Source: Tubiluchus corallicola
Lineage: Eukaryota; Animalia; Priapulida
NCBI GenBank assembly: GCA_030141605.1
Contig: JAQGDQ010000312.1
Location: 83,445 to 147,444, forward strand
DNA: 64,000 nt
Reading direction: 5' to 3'
A program made the translations under genes and the position numbers. This document shows, piece by piece, positions 1-12,367 of the stretch. The notes under the pieces were generated by a model. It saw only the letters and a list, made by a program, of their open reading frames with translations, was not told the origin of the DNA and did not search any database. The number at the start of each line of letters is the position of its first letter. Within the stretch, counting starts at the first letter, position 1.

Positions 1-661
1 GTCACCTGCAGAGTTTGTTCTTTGGTGTTTAATTAATGGCTTCCTCGTTATTTGCATACATTTCTTATTTTGTTCTTGCATAGTGGTTGAATCTTAGTGC
101 AGTTTGTATGTACACAAGTATAGTGTTTATGTGTGAATACTTGTACTTGGCTGGTACAAACTGTGCTTCTGTAAACTCTGCAAGGCTGAGATGTATCTTC
201 TAGGAAACGAAGACGTGGTCTAGTGGCCTACTCAACGAGATGTTTGTGGCATAACTGGACCTTGACTCATTATCGAGAATTTCCCTCTAAGATGAGCCAC
301 TGAACCAATAGACATGTCTCAGCCGCACTAGGATGCATATGCATGTTCCTTTTGTGAGGTAATAACAGCCAATGATAAAGCTCAGTGCGAGTATCCAACC
401 CACAGCAACCCACTTGTGTAAAGTATGTGTTCATCTACTCATCCACGAACTCTGTTATTATGTAACATATGTTGGTTTAGCAAATTAGTTGGAACTACTG
501 TACTTACTTATTTGTCTCTACTGTTCCTCTTCGTCTGCTTCATAAAAAATTTTGACGATGTGAGAGTTTTTGTAATTTAAAATTAATTTTACCCCTTATT
601 ATTTCCTTCTTGCAGCCATTTTGTAATTCCTATTTGTGTAAATGTTCTTCTTATTATTGTA

Positions 662-1106
662 CACTCATATCTCAGTTTGCCGGGACCTCACCTTTGCGGA
701 TATCGCAAAATTCGGACAAAATCTGGTCCGTTAAAAAGTTCTGCATACTGCGGACACAGTCTGCTGTTTCGTGACCTGACTGCTAGTTGGCGGGCTTTGT
801 TTACATCCAAGCAGCATGTAACAATACGTGTGTAACTTGTATGTCAGCATGTTTAGTGGTTTAATCAGTGTGTGTAAGCGGTTTATAGTCAATTATGCGG
901 AGTTATTTGAGTCAACTGCCGACATTTTTAATATACTTTTGCCTAGGAGTGGCCTGTACTAGACATTTTTCAGTCAATTAGCGATTGATTATAAATACAT
1001 TACCGTGAGTCTAATACACAGCGCCTACTATATTAGCTTAGCATCAGAAAATACAGACAATTGGCAAATTCGGACCAAATTTGTCCGACAAACCCAGATA
1101 TGAGTG
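662..1106. mobile_element. Tc1/mariner-type MITE, ~445 bp (second copy at 5603-6047)
   Basis: Imperfect TIRs cactcatatctcagtttgccgg / ccgacaaacccagatatgagtg, flanked by TA on both sides. Confidence 0.8.
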
Positions 1107-1907
1107 TATTTGTGCTATTATTATACCCAATTTCTGTCTTATTTTGCCAATTTGCAATGACGACCTTAGGCCTACAATCGCTCATACTTCCCTGAGTTAT
1201 TTTGAAGTAAAAGTTGATGTACATGTAGGGTAATTCCAAATATGGTGCAGACATTTTTTCTGCTCATTCGCATTTACAGACTTTGTCTATCAAGGCGATT
1301 GTTGTTACTTTGGCACATTGCAAGTACAGGGTGACACGTAACATTTTGCTAAGGACGGTACACAAGCAATGAGTATTGTTACAGAACATGTATTGCTAAA
1401 ATAATTGCGAATCTACCCGTGCCCCAAAAACTGAGTGTTGAATTCTTGGGTGTCTCTTACCACCTGCAGTCTTGAGGGCATGAACAGAGCAATCTTTTGC
1501 AGAACTAAAAAGTCCTCCAACATGTCTAGCAGATGTCTCACAAACTTGGTTTAAACATAATTTATTGAAGGTGTAACATCTAGGTTTGAAACAGACAGTT
1601 TTACAAATGATATATGTTCTCCCCTAGCGGGAGCAAAACGCTAGACAAATGCAGAACAATGGTTACCACAATGTACAAAAAATGTCGCAATAAACATGAA
1701 CATTACTATGTAATAAGAGTAGCAAAGTTAATACTATTTGAAGCGCTTGGTGTGTGAAATAAAACACTGCACATTACATATTGCACACTTGGTGATAAGT
1801 ATTCTAGTATTGTTCTTGTCTAGGGGCAATTTTGAAATTTTACCTATATACAGTAAATAATAATGTGCCAAATGAGTATAATTGCTTCTGTATTTTGTGT
1901 TCATCAG

Positions 1908-3001
1908 TTCCTGAGAAAGAAGCTCTGGAAGCTCCGCTTGTGAATACCAATCACTTGGATCATTCCACATCTGTGTTCCGCTACGACGACAAGGATTTTG
2001 TTGTCTGCGTTCCGGGATGGAATCATCCCCGAATGTTGAGCAAATTCGACGTGCAGTTGCGATCAAAGTGGGACGAAGCCATGGACGGCGGTCACTTCCG
2101 ATACAGGTTGGATAAGTTGGAAACGAAAATTCTAGAAGGGGAGCTTGGAATGGTGGCTCAGTTGAACGAGAAAAGAGGGCGGGAGAGGCGGAAACCGCAA
2201 GAAATGAAGAGCGTCGTGCAACCTTTCGATCCGCAGAACTTCCATTTTAACAAAGTAAAGAGAGAAGAGGTGCTGTTTGTTTTGCAGAGGAAAGATTTTC
2301 GCGAGAGGATGACTGATGATGCTTGCAAAGCAGCAGAAAATATCGTGATGATTAACAACAGCCCGTTGGAGTATGGAAACGTTTTGATCGTCCCGTCCGC
2401 GGCTAGCTGCCTTCCTCAGATTTTAACCAAATCTGCAATCATCTTGGCAGTAGAAGCCGTTTTGTTGAGTTCCCATGTCGGATTCAGAGTCGGTTTTAAT
2501 TCTCTGTGCGGTCTGGCGTCTGTGAACCATCTTCACTTTCATGCTTATTATCTAGAACATCGCTTATACGTTGAGACCGCACGTGTTGCAAAGGTGTGCG
2601 AACATTGCTTTGAGATTGTTAATTATCCCGTGCGGGGGTTTGTGCTCTTCTTGTCAGATTGTGATATTGTCGCAGTTGCAGAACTCGCGTTTAAATTATC
2701 CGACCTTTTTGCAAGTAACAACATTGCGCACAACATGTTTGTAACTCGAGCTAAAACCGCTGATCACGCCGAAGAAACAGTACGGGTCTATGTCTGGCCT
2801 AGAAAGTTGTGCATCGGAGTGAAAAACGAACCGTGGTTTAATGTCGCCATGTGCGAGCTGGCCAGTCATCTGCCGATCAAGATGAAAGAAGCGTACGACA
2901 ATATGACAGAAGAGAAAGCTTGCAAAGTTATCAGCGATGAATCTTTCTCAGAAACTGATTTTTCCGGGTTAAAGCAAAGAGTTGTCAAGTTACTGTCTTG
3001 A
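1908..3001 (+). CDS. GDPGP1: GDP-D-glucose phosphorylase 1 (HIT superfamily, VTC2 homolog), main coding exon, copy 1; start exon not identified
   Basis: Motifs FRYRL, VAQLNxxRGxxRRxPQ, FDPQNFHFNKV, INNSPLEYGNVL, GFNSL and the HIT motif ASVNHLHFH. Acceptor ttcatcag at 1907 (phase 1). TGA at 2999-3001. The 1832 start in the ORF track is a TTG in intron sequence. Confidence 0.92.
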
Positions 3002-3665
3002 ACACAAATGTTGCTATTTTGAATGCAAATGTTCTTTTCTTGAACACAAATGTTGTTGTCTTGAACGCAACCTTTTGTGTCTTGGACACCAATGTTGCTG
3101 TCTTGAACACAAACTTTGCTGTCTTGGACACCAATGTTGCTGTCTTGAACACAAACTTTGCTTTCTTGAACACCAATGTTGCTGTCTTGAACACAAACTT
3201 TGCTGTCTTGGACACCAATGTTGCTGTCTTGAACACAAACTTTGCTCTCTTGAACACCAATGTTGCTGTCTTGAACACAAACTTTGCTCTCTTGGACACC
3301 AATGTTGCTGTCTTGAACACAAACTTTGCTGTCTTGGACACCAATGTTGCTGTCTTGAACACAAACTTTGCTTTCTTGAACACCAATGTTGCTGTCTTGA
3401 ACACAAACTTTGCTGTCTTGGACACCAATGTTGCTGTCTTGAACACAAACTTTGCTCTCTTGGACACCAATGTTGCTGTCTTGAACACAAACTTTGCTGT
3501 CTTGGACACCAATGTTGCTGTCTTGAACACAAACTTTGCTGTCTTGGACACCAATGTTGCTGTCTTGAACACAAACTTTGCTGCCTTGGACACCAATGTT
3601 GCTGTCTTGAATACGTATAGCAGTCTTGAATACTGATGTTGCTGTATTGAGGACAAATGTTACTG
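2995..3665. repeat. 21/42-bp minisatellite overlapping the GDPGP1 stop codon (second copy ~7936-8604)
   Basis: Alternating units ttgaacacaaactttgctgtc / ttggacaccaatgttgctgtc, about 30 monomers. Confidence 0.95.
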
Positions 3666-4001
3666 AATACATTGCAAAATTATCACGTATTTTCCTCTCA
3701 GATTACTGTAACCATCGAACACGGTACTGATAGCTATAATTTAGCCTGTAAACAATATAGACATTTGTTACACCATGGAATATTAAGGCAGCCAAAAAGT
3801 CATTGATTTATTCTAAGCTTTTGTTAATCAGAGGCTTATGGTGGTGCATTATCTAAAACCAAGACATGTCACTATTACAACAGTTGGATTTTCAGTAGGT
3901 AGGCATAGGTAAATGGACATGCCTAATATACTTAACATTGTGACATAATGTAACACAATTAATTTAATTGTGCACAATTTGTTATTGTTACATTATTCAA
4001 C

Positions 4002-4499
4002 AATAAGCCTTTTCACAGTTTCGTTGTGCGCTCACAAAGTTGCTGTCGGTCAACAGTTAGGTTTATCACAGCAACGCGTCTTAACTACAATCATCACATG
4101 ACATTTGTGTAAAAGAAAGCCATCTGCCATATCAGTACAATAACTTTAGTTATTTTACCTGGACTTTATCACAGCAACGTGTCTTAACTACAGTCATCAC
4201 ATGACATATGGGTAAAGGAAAGCCGTCTGCCATATCAGTTCAATAACTTTAGTTATTTTACCTGGACTTTAGTTAATTATGTATTAGTCTGGGCATAGAT
4301 TGATTTACTAGTAGGGTCTTGCTTGGGAACGAGAAGACATGAATTTGGTAATATTCTAACTAGCTGTTAAAATGGTTGCTTTCATAATAACATGGGCTGC
4401 GAGGCATTGTCAAGTGCACAGGAATGTGGTGTCTAGCACACTTAACCCTTGACCTTTTCATGATCATCATCGATTGCTGGAACTGTGAAAAGGTTTATT
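4002..4499. mobile_element. Non-autonomous TIR element, unclassified family (also 8941-9438 and 41122-41483; fragments near 28583, 33025, 51684, 62140)
   Basis: TIRs aataagccttttcacagtt / aactgtgaaaaggtttatt. Internal ~100-bp duplication in this copy. Dispersed homologous copies in both orientations. Confidence 0.8.
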
Positions 4500-4769
4500 A
4501 ATGGAATGGTTGTCTTTCATTTCAATGTTCTAATTAAGGAGGTGTCGAAGTTGTGCACATCGTAAAGAGTTACCTCATAATCTTTGTAATAATTTGGCCG
4601 TGGTGTTTTGAAGTTTATGTTTTTTTTGCCGATTCAGCGTTAAAATAAACAAAAGAAGAGGATAAGACAAGCTCGTATTTGTATTATTGTGAAAAACATT
4701 TTGCAATTAAGTTTCTTGTGGTGATTAAACTAATCATTTAAATGCAAACTGTATTTCTTAACTGTAGCA

Positions 4770-4946
4770 CAGGGGTGTGCAAACTGCGGCCCACCGAGAG
4801 ATCTTGTGCAGCCCGCGAAGAGGTTTGTCAACATAATGAAAGTGCGGCCCACGCAATCCAGCTGAAGTCCGCGCCAATATCGCAAAGATGCCGGTAGTTT
4901 TTTCCTCTAGATCAGATGGCATTAACCCTTACAAGACCGTTGTCAC
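4770..4946 (+). mobile_element. Truncated hAT MITE (left end only) at the duplication junction
   Basis: caggggtgtgcaaa start preceded by ctgtagca. Sequence switches to unit 2 after gtcac. Confidence 0.85.
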
Positions 4947-6848
4947 CTGCAGAGTTTGTTCTTTGGTGTTTAATTAATGGCTTCCTCGTTATTTGCATAC
5001 ATTTCTTATTTTGTTCTTGCATAGTGGTTGAATCTTAGTGCAGTTTGTATGTACACAAGTATAGTGTTTATGTGTGAATACTTGTACTTGGCTGGTACAA
5101 ACTGTGCTTCTGTAAACTCTGCAAGGCTGAGATGTATCTTCTAGGAAACGAAGACGTGGTCTAGTGGCCTACTCAACGAGATGTTTGTGGCATAACTGGA
5201 CCTTGACTCATTATCGAGAATTTCCCTCTAAGATGAGCCACTGAACCAATAGACATGTCTCAGCCGCACTAGGATGCATATGCATGTTCCTTTTGTGAGG
5301 TAATAACAGCCAATGATAAAGCTCAGTGCGAGTATCCAACCCACAGCAACCCACTTGTGTAAAGTATGTGTTCATCTACTCATCCACGAACTCTGTTATT
5401 ATGTAACATATGTTGGTTTAGCAAATTAGTTGGAACTACTGTACTTACTTATTTGTCTCTACTGTTCCTCTTCGTCTGCTTCATAAAAAATTTTGACGAT
5501 GTGAGACTTTTTGTAATTTAAAATTAATTTTACCCCTTATTATTTCCTTCTTGCAGCCATTTTGTAATTCCTATTTGTGTAAATGTTCTTCTTATTATTG
5601 TACACTCATATCTCAGTTTGCCGGGACCTCACCTTTGCGGATATCGCAAAATTCGGACAACATCTGGTCCGTTAAAAAGTCCCGCATGTTGCAGATACAG
5701 TCCGTTATATCGTGAGCTGACTGCTAGTTGGCGGGCTTTGTTTACATCCAAGCAGCATGTAACAATACGTGTGTAACTTGTATGTCAGCATGTTTAGTGG
5801 TTTAATCAGTGTGTGTAAGCGGTTTATAGTCAATTATGCGGAGTTATTTGAGTCAACTGCCGACATTTTTAATATACTTTTGCCTAGGAGTGGCCTGTAC
5901 TAGACATTTTTCAGTCAATTAGCGATTGATTATAAATACATTACCGTGAGTCTAATACACAGCGCCTACTATATTAGCTTAGCATCAGAAAATACAGACA
6001 ATTGGCAAATTCGGACCAAATTTGTCCGACAAACCCAGATATGAGTGTATTTGTGCTATTATTATACCCAATTTCTGTCTTATTTTGCCAATTTGCAATG
6101 ACGACCTTAGGCCTACAATCGCTCATACTTCCCTGAGTTATTTTGAAGTAAAAGTTGATGTACATGTAGGGTAATTCCAAATATGGTGCAGACATTTTTT
6201 CTGCTCATTCGCATTTACAGACTTTGACTATCAAGGCGATTGTTGTTACTTTGGCACATTGCAAGTACAGGGTGACACGTAACATTTTGCTAAGGACGGT
6301 ACACAAGCAATGAGTATTGTTACAGAACATGTATTGCTAAAATAATTGCGAATCTACCCGTGCCCCAAAAACTGAGTGTTGAATTCTTGGGTGTCTCTTA
6401 CCACCTGCAGTCTTGAGGGCATGAACAGAGCAATCTTTTGCAGAACTAAAAAGTCCTCCAACATGTCTAGCAGATGTCTCACAAACTTGGTTTAAACATA
6501 ATTTATTGAAGGTGTAACATCTAGGTTTGAAACAGATAGTTTTACAAATGATATATTTTCTCCCCTAGCGGGAGCAAAATGCTAGACAAATGCAGAACAA
6601 TGGTGACCACAATGTACAAAAAATGTCGCAATAAACATGAACATTACTATGTAATAAGAGTAGCAAAGTTAATACTATTTGAAGCGCTTGGTGTGTGAAA
6701 TAAAACACTGCACATTACATATTGCACACTTGGTGATAAGTATTCTAGTATTGTTCTTGTCTAGGGGCAATTTTGAAATTTTACCTATATACAGTAAATA
6801 ATAATGTGCCAAATGAGTATAATTGCTTCTGTATTTTGTGTTCATCAG

Positions 6849-7942
6849 TTCCTGAGAAAGAAGCTCTGGAAGCTCCGCTTGTGAATACCAATCACTTGGA
6901 TCATTCCACATCTGTGTTCCGCTACGACGACAAGGATTTTGTTGTCTGCGTTCCGGGATGGAATCATCCCCGAATGTTGAGCAAATTCGACGTGCAGTTG
7001 CGATCAAAGTGGGACGAAGCCATGGACGGCGGTCACTTCAGATACAGGTTGGATAAGTTGGAAACGAAAATTCTAGAAGGGGAGCTTGGAATGGTGGCTC
7101 AGTTGAACGAGATAAGAGGGCGGGAGAGGCGGAAACCGCAAGAAATGAAGAGCGTCGTGCAACCTTTCGATCCGCAGAACTTCCATTTTAACAAAGTAAA
7201 GAGAGAAGAGGTGCTGTTTGTTTTGCAGAGGAAAGATTTTCGCGAGAGGATGACTGATGATGCTTGCAAAGCAGCAGAAAATATCGTGATGATTAACAAC
7301 AGCCCGTTGGAGTATGGAAACGTTTTGATCGTCCCGTCCGCGGCTAGCTGCCTTCCTCAGATTTTAACCAAATCTGCAATCATCTTGGCAGTAGAAGCCG
7401 TTTTGTTGAGTTCCCATGTCGGATTCAGAGTCGGTTTTAATTCTCTGTGCGGTCTGGCGTCTGTGAACCATCTTCACTTTCATGCTTATTATCTAGAACA
7501 TCGCTTATACGTTGAGACCGCACGTGTTGCAAAGGTGTGCGAACATTGCTTTGAGATTGTTAATTATCCCGTGCGGGGGTTTGTGCTCTTCTTGTCAGAT
7601 TGTGATATTGTCGCAGTTGCAGAACTCGCGTTTAAATTATCCGACCTTTTTGCAAGTAACAACATTGCGCACAACATGTTTGTAACTCGAGCTAAAACCG
7701 CTGATCACGCCGAAGAAACAGTACGGGTCTATGTCTGGCCTAGAAAGTTGTGCATCGGAGTGAAAAACGAACCGTGGTTTAATGTCGCCATGTGCGAGCT
7801 GGCCAGTCATCTGCCGATCAAGATGAAAGAAGCGTACGACAATATGACAGAAGAGAAAGCTTGCAAAGTTATCAGCGATGAATCTTTCTCAGAAACTGAT
7901 TTTTCCGGGTTAAAGCAAAGAGTTGTCAAGTTACTGTCTTGA
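6849..7942 (+). CDS. GDPGP1: GDP-D-glucose phosphorylase 1 main coding exon, copy 2
   Basis: Same intact ORF at offset 4941. Differences seen: one synonymous change (7040) and K>I (aaa>ata at 7113). Confidence 0.88.
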
Positions 7943-9708
7943 ACACAAATGTTGCTATTTTGAATGCAAATGTTCTTTTCTTGAACACAAATGTTGTTGT
8001 CTTGAACGCAACCTTTTGTGTCTTGGACACCAATGTTGCTGTCTTGAACACAAACTTTGCTGTCTTGGACACCAATGTTGCTGTCTTGAACACAAACTTT
8101 GCTGTCTTGAACACCAATGTTGCTGTCTTGAACACAAACTTTGCTGTCTTGGACACCAATGTTGCTGTCTTGAACACAAACTTTGCTCTCTTGAACACCA
8201 ATGTTGCTGTCTTGAACACAAACTTTGCTCTCTTGGACACCAATGTTGCTGTCTTGAACACAAACTTTGCTGTCTTGGACACCAATGTTGCTGTCTTGAA
8301 CACAAACTTTGCTCTCTTGAACACCAATGTTGCTGTCTTGAATACAAACTTTGCTCTCTTGGACACCAATGTTGCTGTCTTGAACACAAACTTTGCTCTC
8401 TTGGACACCAATGTTGCTGTCTTGAACACAAACTTTGCTGTCTTGGACACCAATGTTGCTGTCTTGAACACACTTTGCTGTCTTGGACACCAATGTTGCT
8501 GTCTTGAACACAAACTTTGCTGCCTTGGACACCAATGTTGCTGTCTTGAATACGTATAGCAGTCTTGAATACTGATGTTGCTGTATTGAGGACAAATGTT
8601 ACTGAATACATTGCAAAATTATCACGTATTTTCCTCTCAGATTACTGTAACCATCGAACACGGTACTGATAGCTATAATTTAGCCTGTAAACAATATAGA
8701 CATTTGTTACACCATGGAATATTAAGGCAGCCAAAAAGTCATTGATTTATTCTAAGCTTTTGTTAATCAGAGGCTTATGGTGGTGCATTATCTAAAACCA
8801 AGACATGTCACTATTACAACAGTTGGATTTTCAGTAGGTAGGCATAGGTAAATGGACATGCCTAATATACTTAACATTGTGACATAATGTAACACAATTA
8901 ATTTAATTGTGCACAATTTGTTATTCTTACCTTATTCAACAATAAGCCTTTTCACAGTTTTGTTGTGCGCTCACAAAGTTGCTGTCGGTCAACAGTTAGG
9001 TTTATCACAGCAACGCGTCTTAACTACAATCATCACATGACATTTGTGTAAAAGAAAGCCATCTGCCATATCAGTACAATAACTTTAGTTATTTTACCTG
9101 GACTTTATCACAGCAACGTGTCTTAACTACAGTCATCACATGACATATGGGTAAAGGAAAGCCGTCTGCCATATCAGTTCAATAACTTTAGTTATTTTAC
9201 CTGGACTTTAGTTAATTATGTATTAGTCTGGGCATAGATTGATTTACTAGTAGGGTCTTGCTTGGGAACGAGAAGACATGAATTTGGTAATATTCTAACT
9301 AGCTGTTAAAATGGTTGCTTTCATAATAACATGGGCTGCGAGGCATTGTCAAGTGCACAGGAATGTGGTGTCTAGCACACTTAACCCTTGACCTTTTCAT
9401 GATCATCATCGATTGCTGGAACTGTGAAAAGGTTTATTAATGGAATGGTTGTCTTTCATTTCAATGTTCTAATTAAGGAGGTGTCGAAGTTGTGCACATC
9501 GTAAAGAGTTACCTCATAATCTTTGTAATAATTTGGCCGTGGTGTTTTGAAGTTTATGTTTTTTTTGCCGATTCAGCGTTAAAATAAACAAAAGAAGAGG
9601 ATAAGACAAGCTCGTATTGGTATTATTGTGAAAAACATTTTGCAATTAAGTTTCTTGTGGTGATTAAACTAATCATTTAAATGCAAACTGTATTTCTTAA
9701 CTGTAGCA

Positions 9709-10120
9709 CAGGGGTGTGCAAACTGCGGCCCACCGAGAGATCTTATGCAGCCTGCGAAGAGGTTTGTCAACATAATGAAAGTGCGGCCCACGCAATCCAG
9801 CTGAAGTCCGCACCAATATCGCAAAGATGCCGGTAGTTTTTTCCTCTAGATCAGATGGCATTAACCCTTACAAGACCGTTGTCACTTAATGTCACTGTCG
9901 GATATGACGAAATATATGGTTTTTAATATAAATTTTAATAACTTCTAAAATAGTTTCTCGAGTGTAGTAGTGCAGTAGTAATGATGTGCGCAAATCAGAT
10001 GCAAAAAAATCGTTATTAGGTCCTACTGTACTTGGCTCCTTGACCAAACTGCATGTGGCCCACAGGAATTGCGGGAAAGCTTAATGTGGCCCTACTAGTC
10101 AGATAATTTGCACACCCCTG
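9709..10120 (+). mobile_element. Complete hAT-family MITE
   Basis: TIRs caggggtgtgcaaa / tttgcacacccctg. Perfect 8-bp TSD ctgtagca at 9701-9708 and 10121-10128. Confidence 0.92.
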
Positions 10121-10157
10121 CTGTAGCAACTATATAACAAATATCATAGCATTCAGT

Positions 10158-10650
10158 TAAAGGAGAAGAACGGGGTATTTTAAAGGGCACGCGTGTCCTA
10201 AAGAGCTTTACACACAAAGTTATACTAATTACCATTATGCTTATCTGTCTGTCTCAAAAGCTTATCTAATTACAAAAGAAAGTTCTTAGTGATTCAAGTA
10301 TTCGGAGCACCAGGTAAAATGGCACTCCGTGGCTATCCCAGTGTGCATCACTGATTCACCAAAAAACACACGCTATTGATCTTATCAACAATATAAAATA
10401 ATTTAAACTTTTGCTCAGTTAGTGAAGAGTGCGCTGCAAACGCTATGATTATTTTTCGTACTTTGCTCAGCGTCATCTAAACTTGTTTCAAATGACTTAC
10501 CGTTAAAATGGCTGCGCTAACTGTCGCCACAGAATTTACAAATTTTATACAGCGTTACTGATTAATGCAAGCTCTGTATGCAATGAAAACAGGATGTAAG
10601 TGATACAAAATTTCAAGATGATTTTTTTGCTTTATTTACAAAGAAAGGGA
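10158..10650 (+). mobile_element. Kolobok/T2-like non-autonomous element fragment (related pieces ~15490-15950, 23600-23920, 31470-31920, 48440-48560, 60190)
   Basis: Begins ttaa-aggagaagaa. Internal motifs (atcccagtgtgca, tgatacaaaatttcaagat) recur at the other sites. Confidence 0.55.
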
Positions 10651-11173
10651 GTTCTTATGCTGTAGGAGTGATTAACTGATTAATCCATTGTTACTGAAGT
10701 GACACTCCCTTCACTAACAATTGGGTTAAGAGTTTTTAATAGACACAGAAAAACAATGGATTAATCAGAACACCATTTACTTCCCCCAATAACAGAACAA
10801 AAAACTACCAAATTCGTAAAAGCCAAAAAACAATAGACGAAATCTTTTTTACAAATGACGCTACATGTACTGTGTCCATGTTGTTATGTTTTCTAAATAT
10901 ACACAGCCTTGAACCTGGGCACGTAGCACCTGTAAAGTCCTTGCGTTTTAGCGTTAAGTGAACGGTATGTACGGCCAGAGGGAAGCATTTCAAAAGATGT
11001 AATAGCTGGATAACATTCGTCATTAATGATAGCTTGCGTTCTTTTTGCAACTCTTGTTTTGTACAAATGTGTTACAGGTTGCCGTTTATTTCCTATTGTT
11101 TTTCAAGCAGATTTAACAACCTGGTCATGAGCAATGTCTTTACTGAATTGCTTGTCAATTACATGTACCTTAA

Positions 11174-11777
11174 AGCAAAACCTGATCCAACTACAGATCA
11201 AAACAATCTACTCTTTAAAATATTGAAAGGAAACATACTATTTCTTTCAAAAACAACTTACGTGAAGGAATTATTACCACACAAACACAATTTCACGTTC
11301 GCACCACTAGTTACTCGCTGTTACATGCATTTTGCCATTTGTTAGTTAAACGGGTACTAGCGTCTGCATTTCAGAAATGCACAAAAACAGGTGCTGTAGC
11401 TCTCAGTTCAGATGTGTTAGTTTGTGATGAACCACATACGTTCTACAGCCCAGGCATGAGCACAGTGGTAAATTATAAAAATTCGAATTTTAAATTTTTA
11501 TCTTACCTAGTTTTAGTACAACACACTGAATATCTTGCAGTAGCACTGTACTTTGATTTCCGCAAAACACATGCAACGCACTCAAGGAATATTTCTGCTG
11601 TTGAAAATTATGTTAGTTTGTGATGTCGTCAATAGTTGGGTTTGTACACCACTTATCAAGTTTTTAATCTATTAATAAATCACCAGAAACGCCTTTGCAG
11701 TATTAATTGTGTTAAAATGTATACTTTTTATCGGACTTGAAAATCGGGTAGTATATGAAAAATCATCCTGTCTTCCT
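11174..11777 (+). mobile_element. TTAA-flanked (Kolobok-like) non-autonomous element, ~600 bp
   Basis: ttaa|agcaaaacc ... tcttcct|tcaa. Homologous to 53532-54144 and to fragments at 12894, 18175, 18512, 30616, 34380, 50440. Confidence 0.75.
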
Positions 11778-12367
11778 TCAATGGCAATAACGAATTAATC
11801 AGTCTATCAAAACTGTGACATGTGTGACTTCAGAAGCCAATTATTAGGTGACACATCACTAAACGATTGCGTTTTATTGGTCAGATACAAATTTTGTGCA
11901 GAGACCGCACATGAGCACAGGATGAGTTTGTCTGAGACAGAAAATTAAGCGTAATTAATGAACATTTGTGTGAGTCGAGGTTGGTAAAGTAGAGTTTATT
12001 GTGCCTACAAATGGCAAGATTTGCTTAATTTGTGGTGGGACCATAACCTAGTGGTCCTAGTCATTGCAAGGATAGTCCTCTAAGAAGAGCTTTTGAACAG
12101 AGGTGTCTTAGCTAAGTTTTGAAGGTATATAATCCTCCGTCAACGAGGTGAACAGCCAGAATCAGCATGGCAAATGAAACTCTTCACAGAAAATATTGAA
12201 CACAGGCATTCCCGAGCTGTTCGCTGACCAGCCTCGGTACCATTTCGAATTTCGGCTTCCGAGCACATGCCATGACCATGTAGCTATTATCCCCCGATTT
12301 TAACGAAAACTGCATTCACTGCTTGTCACCGTAATAGCACAGCCTGCTGCACTGCTTTTATTTTCAG

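Larger units (their letters stand above)
1..9885 (+). repeat. Direct tandem segmental duplication, two ~4.94-kb units (1-4941, 4942-9885)
   Basis: Sequence at 1 (gtcacctgcagagtttg) recurs at 4942 and all ORFs recur at offset 4941. The offset becomes 4939 after a 2-bp deletion in the second minisatellite. Identity ends after gtcac at 9881-9885. Confidence 0.97.

Noticed and set aside
2866-3672. Long Cys-rich, VQDSNIG- and NTNVAVL-repeat ORFs (also 7807-8611) resembling metallothionein, keratin-associated or antifreeze proteins
   Set aside because: Products of a 21-bp minisatellite open in five frames. Copy 2 has a frameshifting 2-bp deletion and there is no unique coding flank.
1832-7942. GDPGP1 as a plant-derived VTC2 ascorbate gene, co-transferred with the plant-like NC gene
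   Set aside because: GDPGP1 is a native animal gene and this sequence follows the animal pattern and length; there is no evidence linking the two loci.
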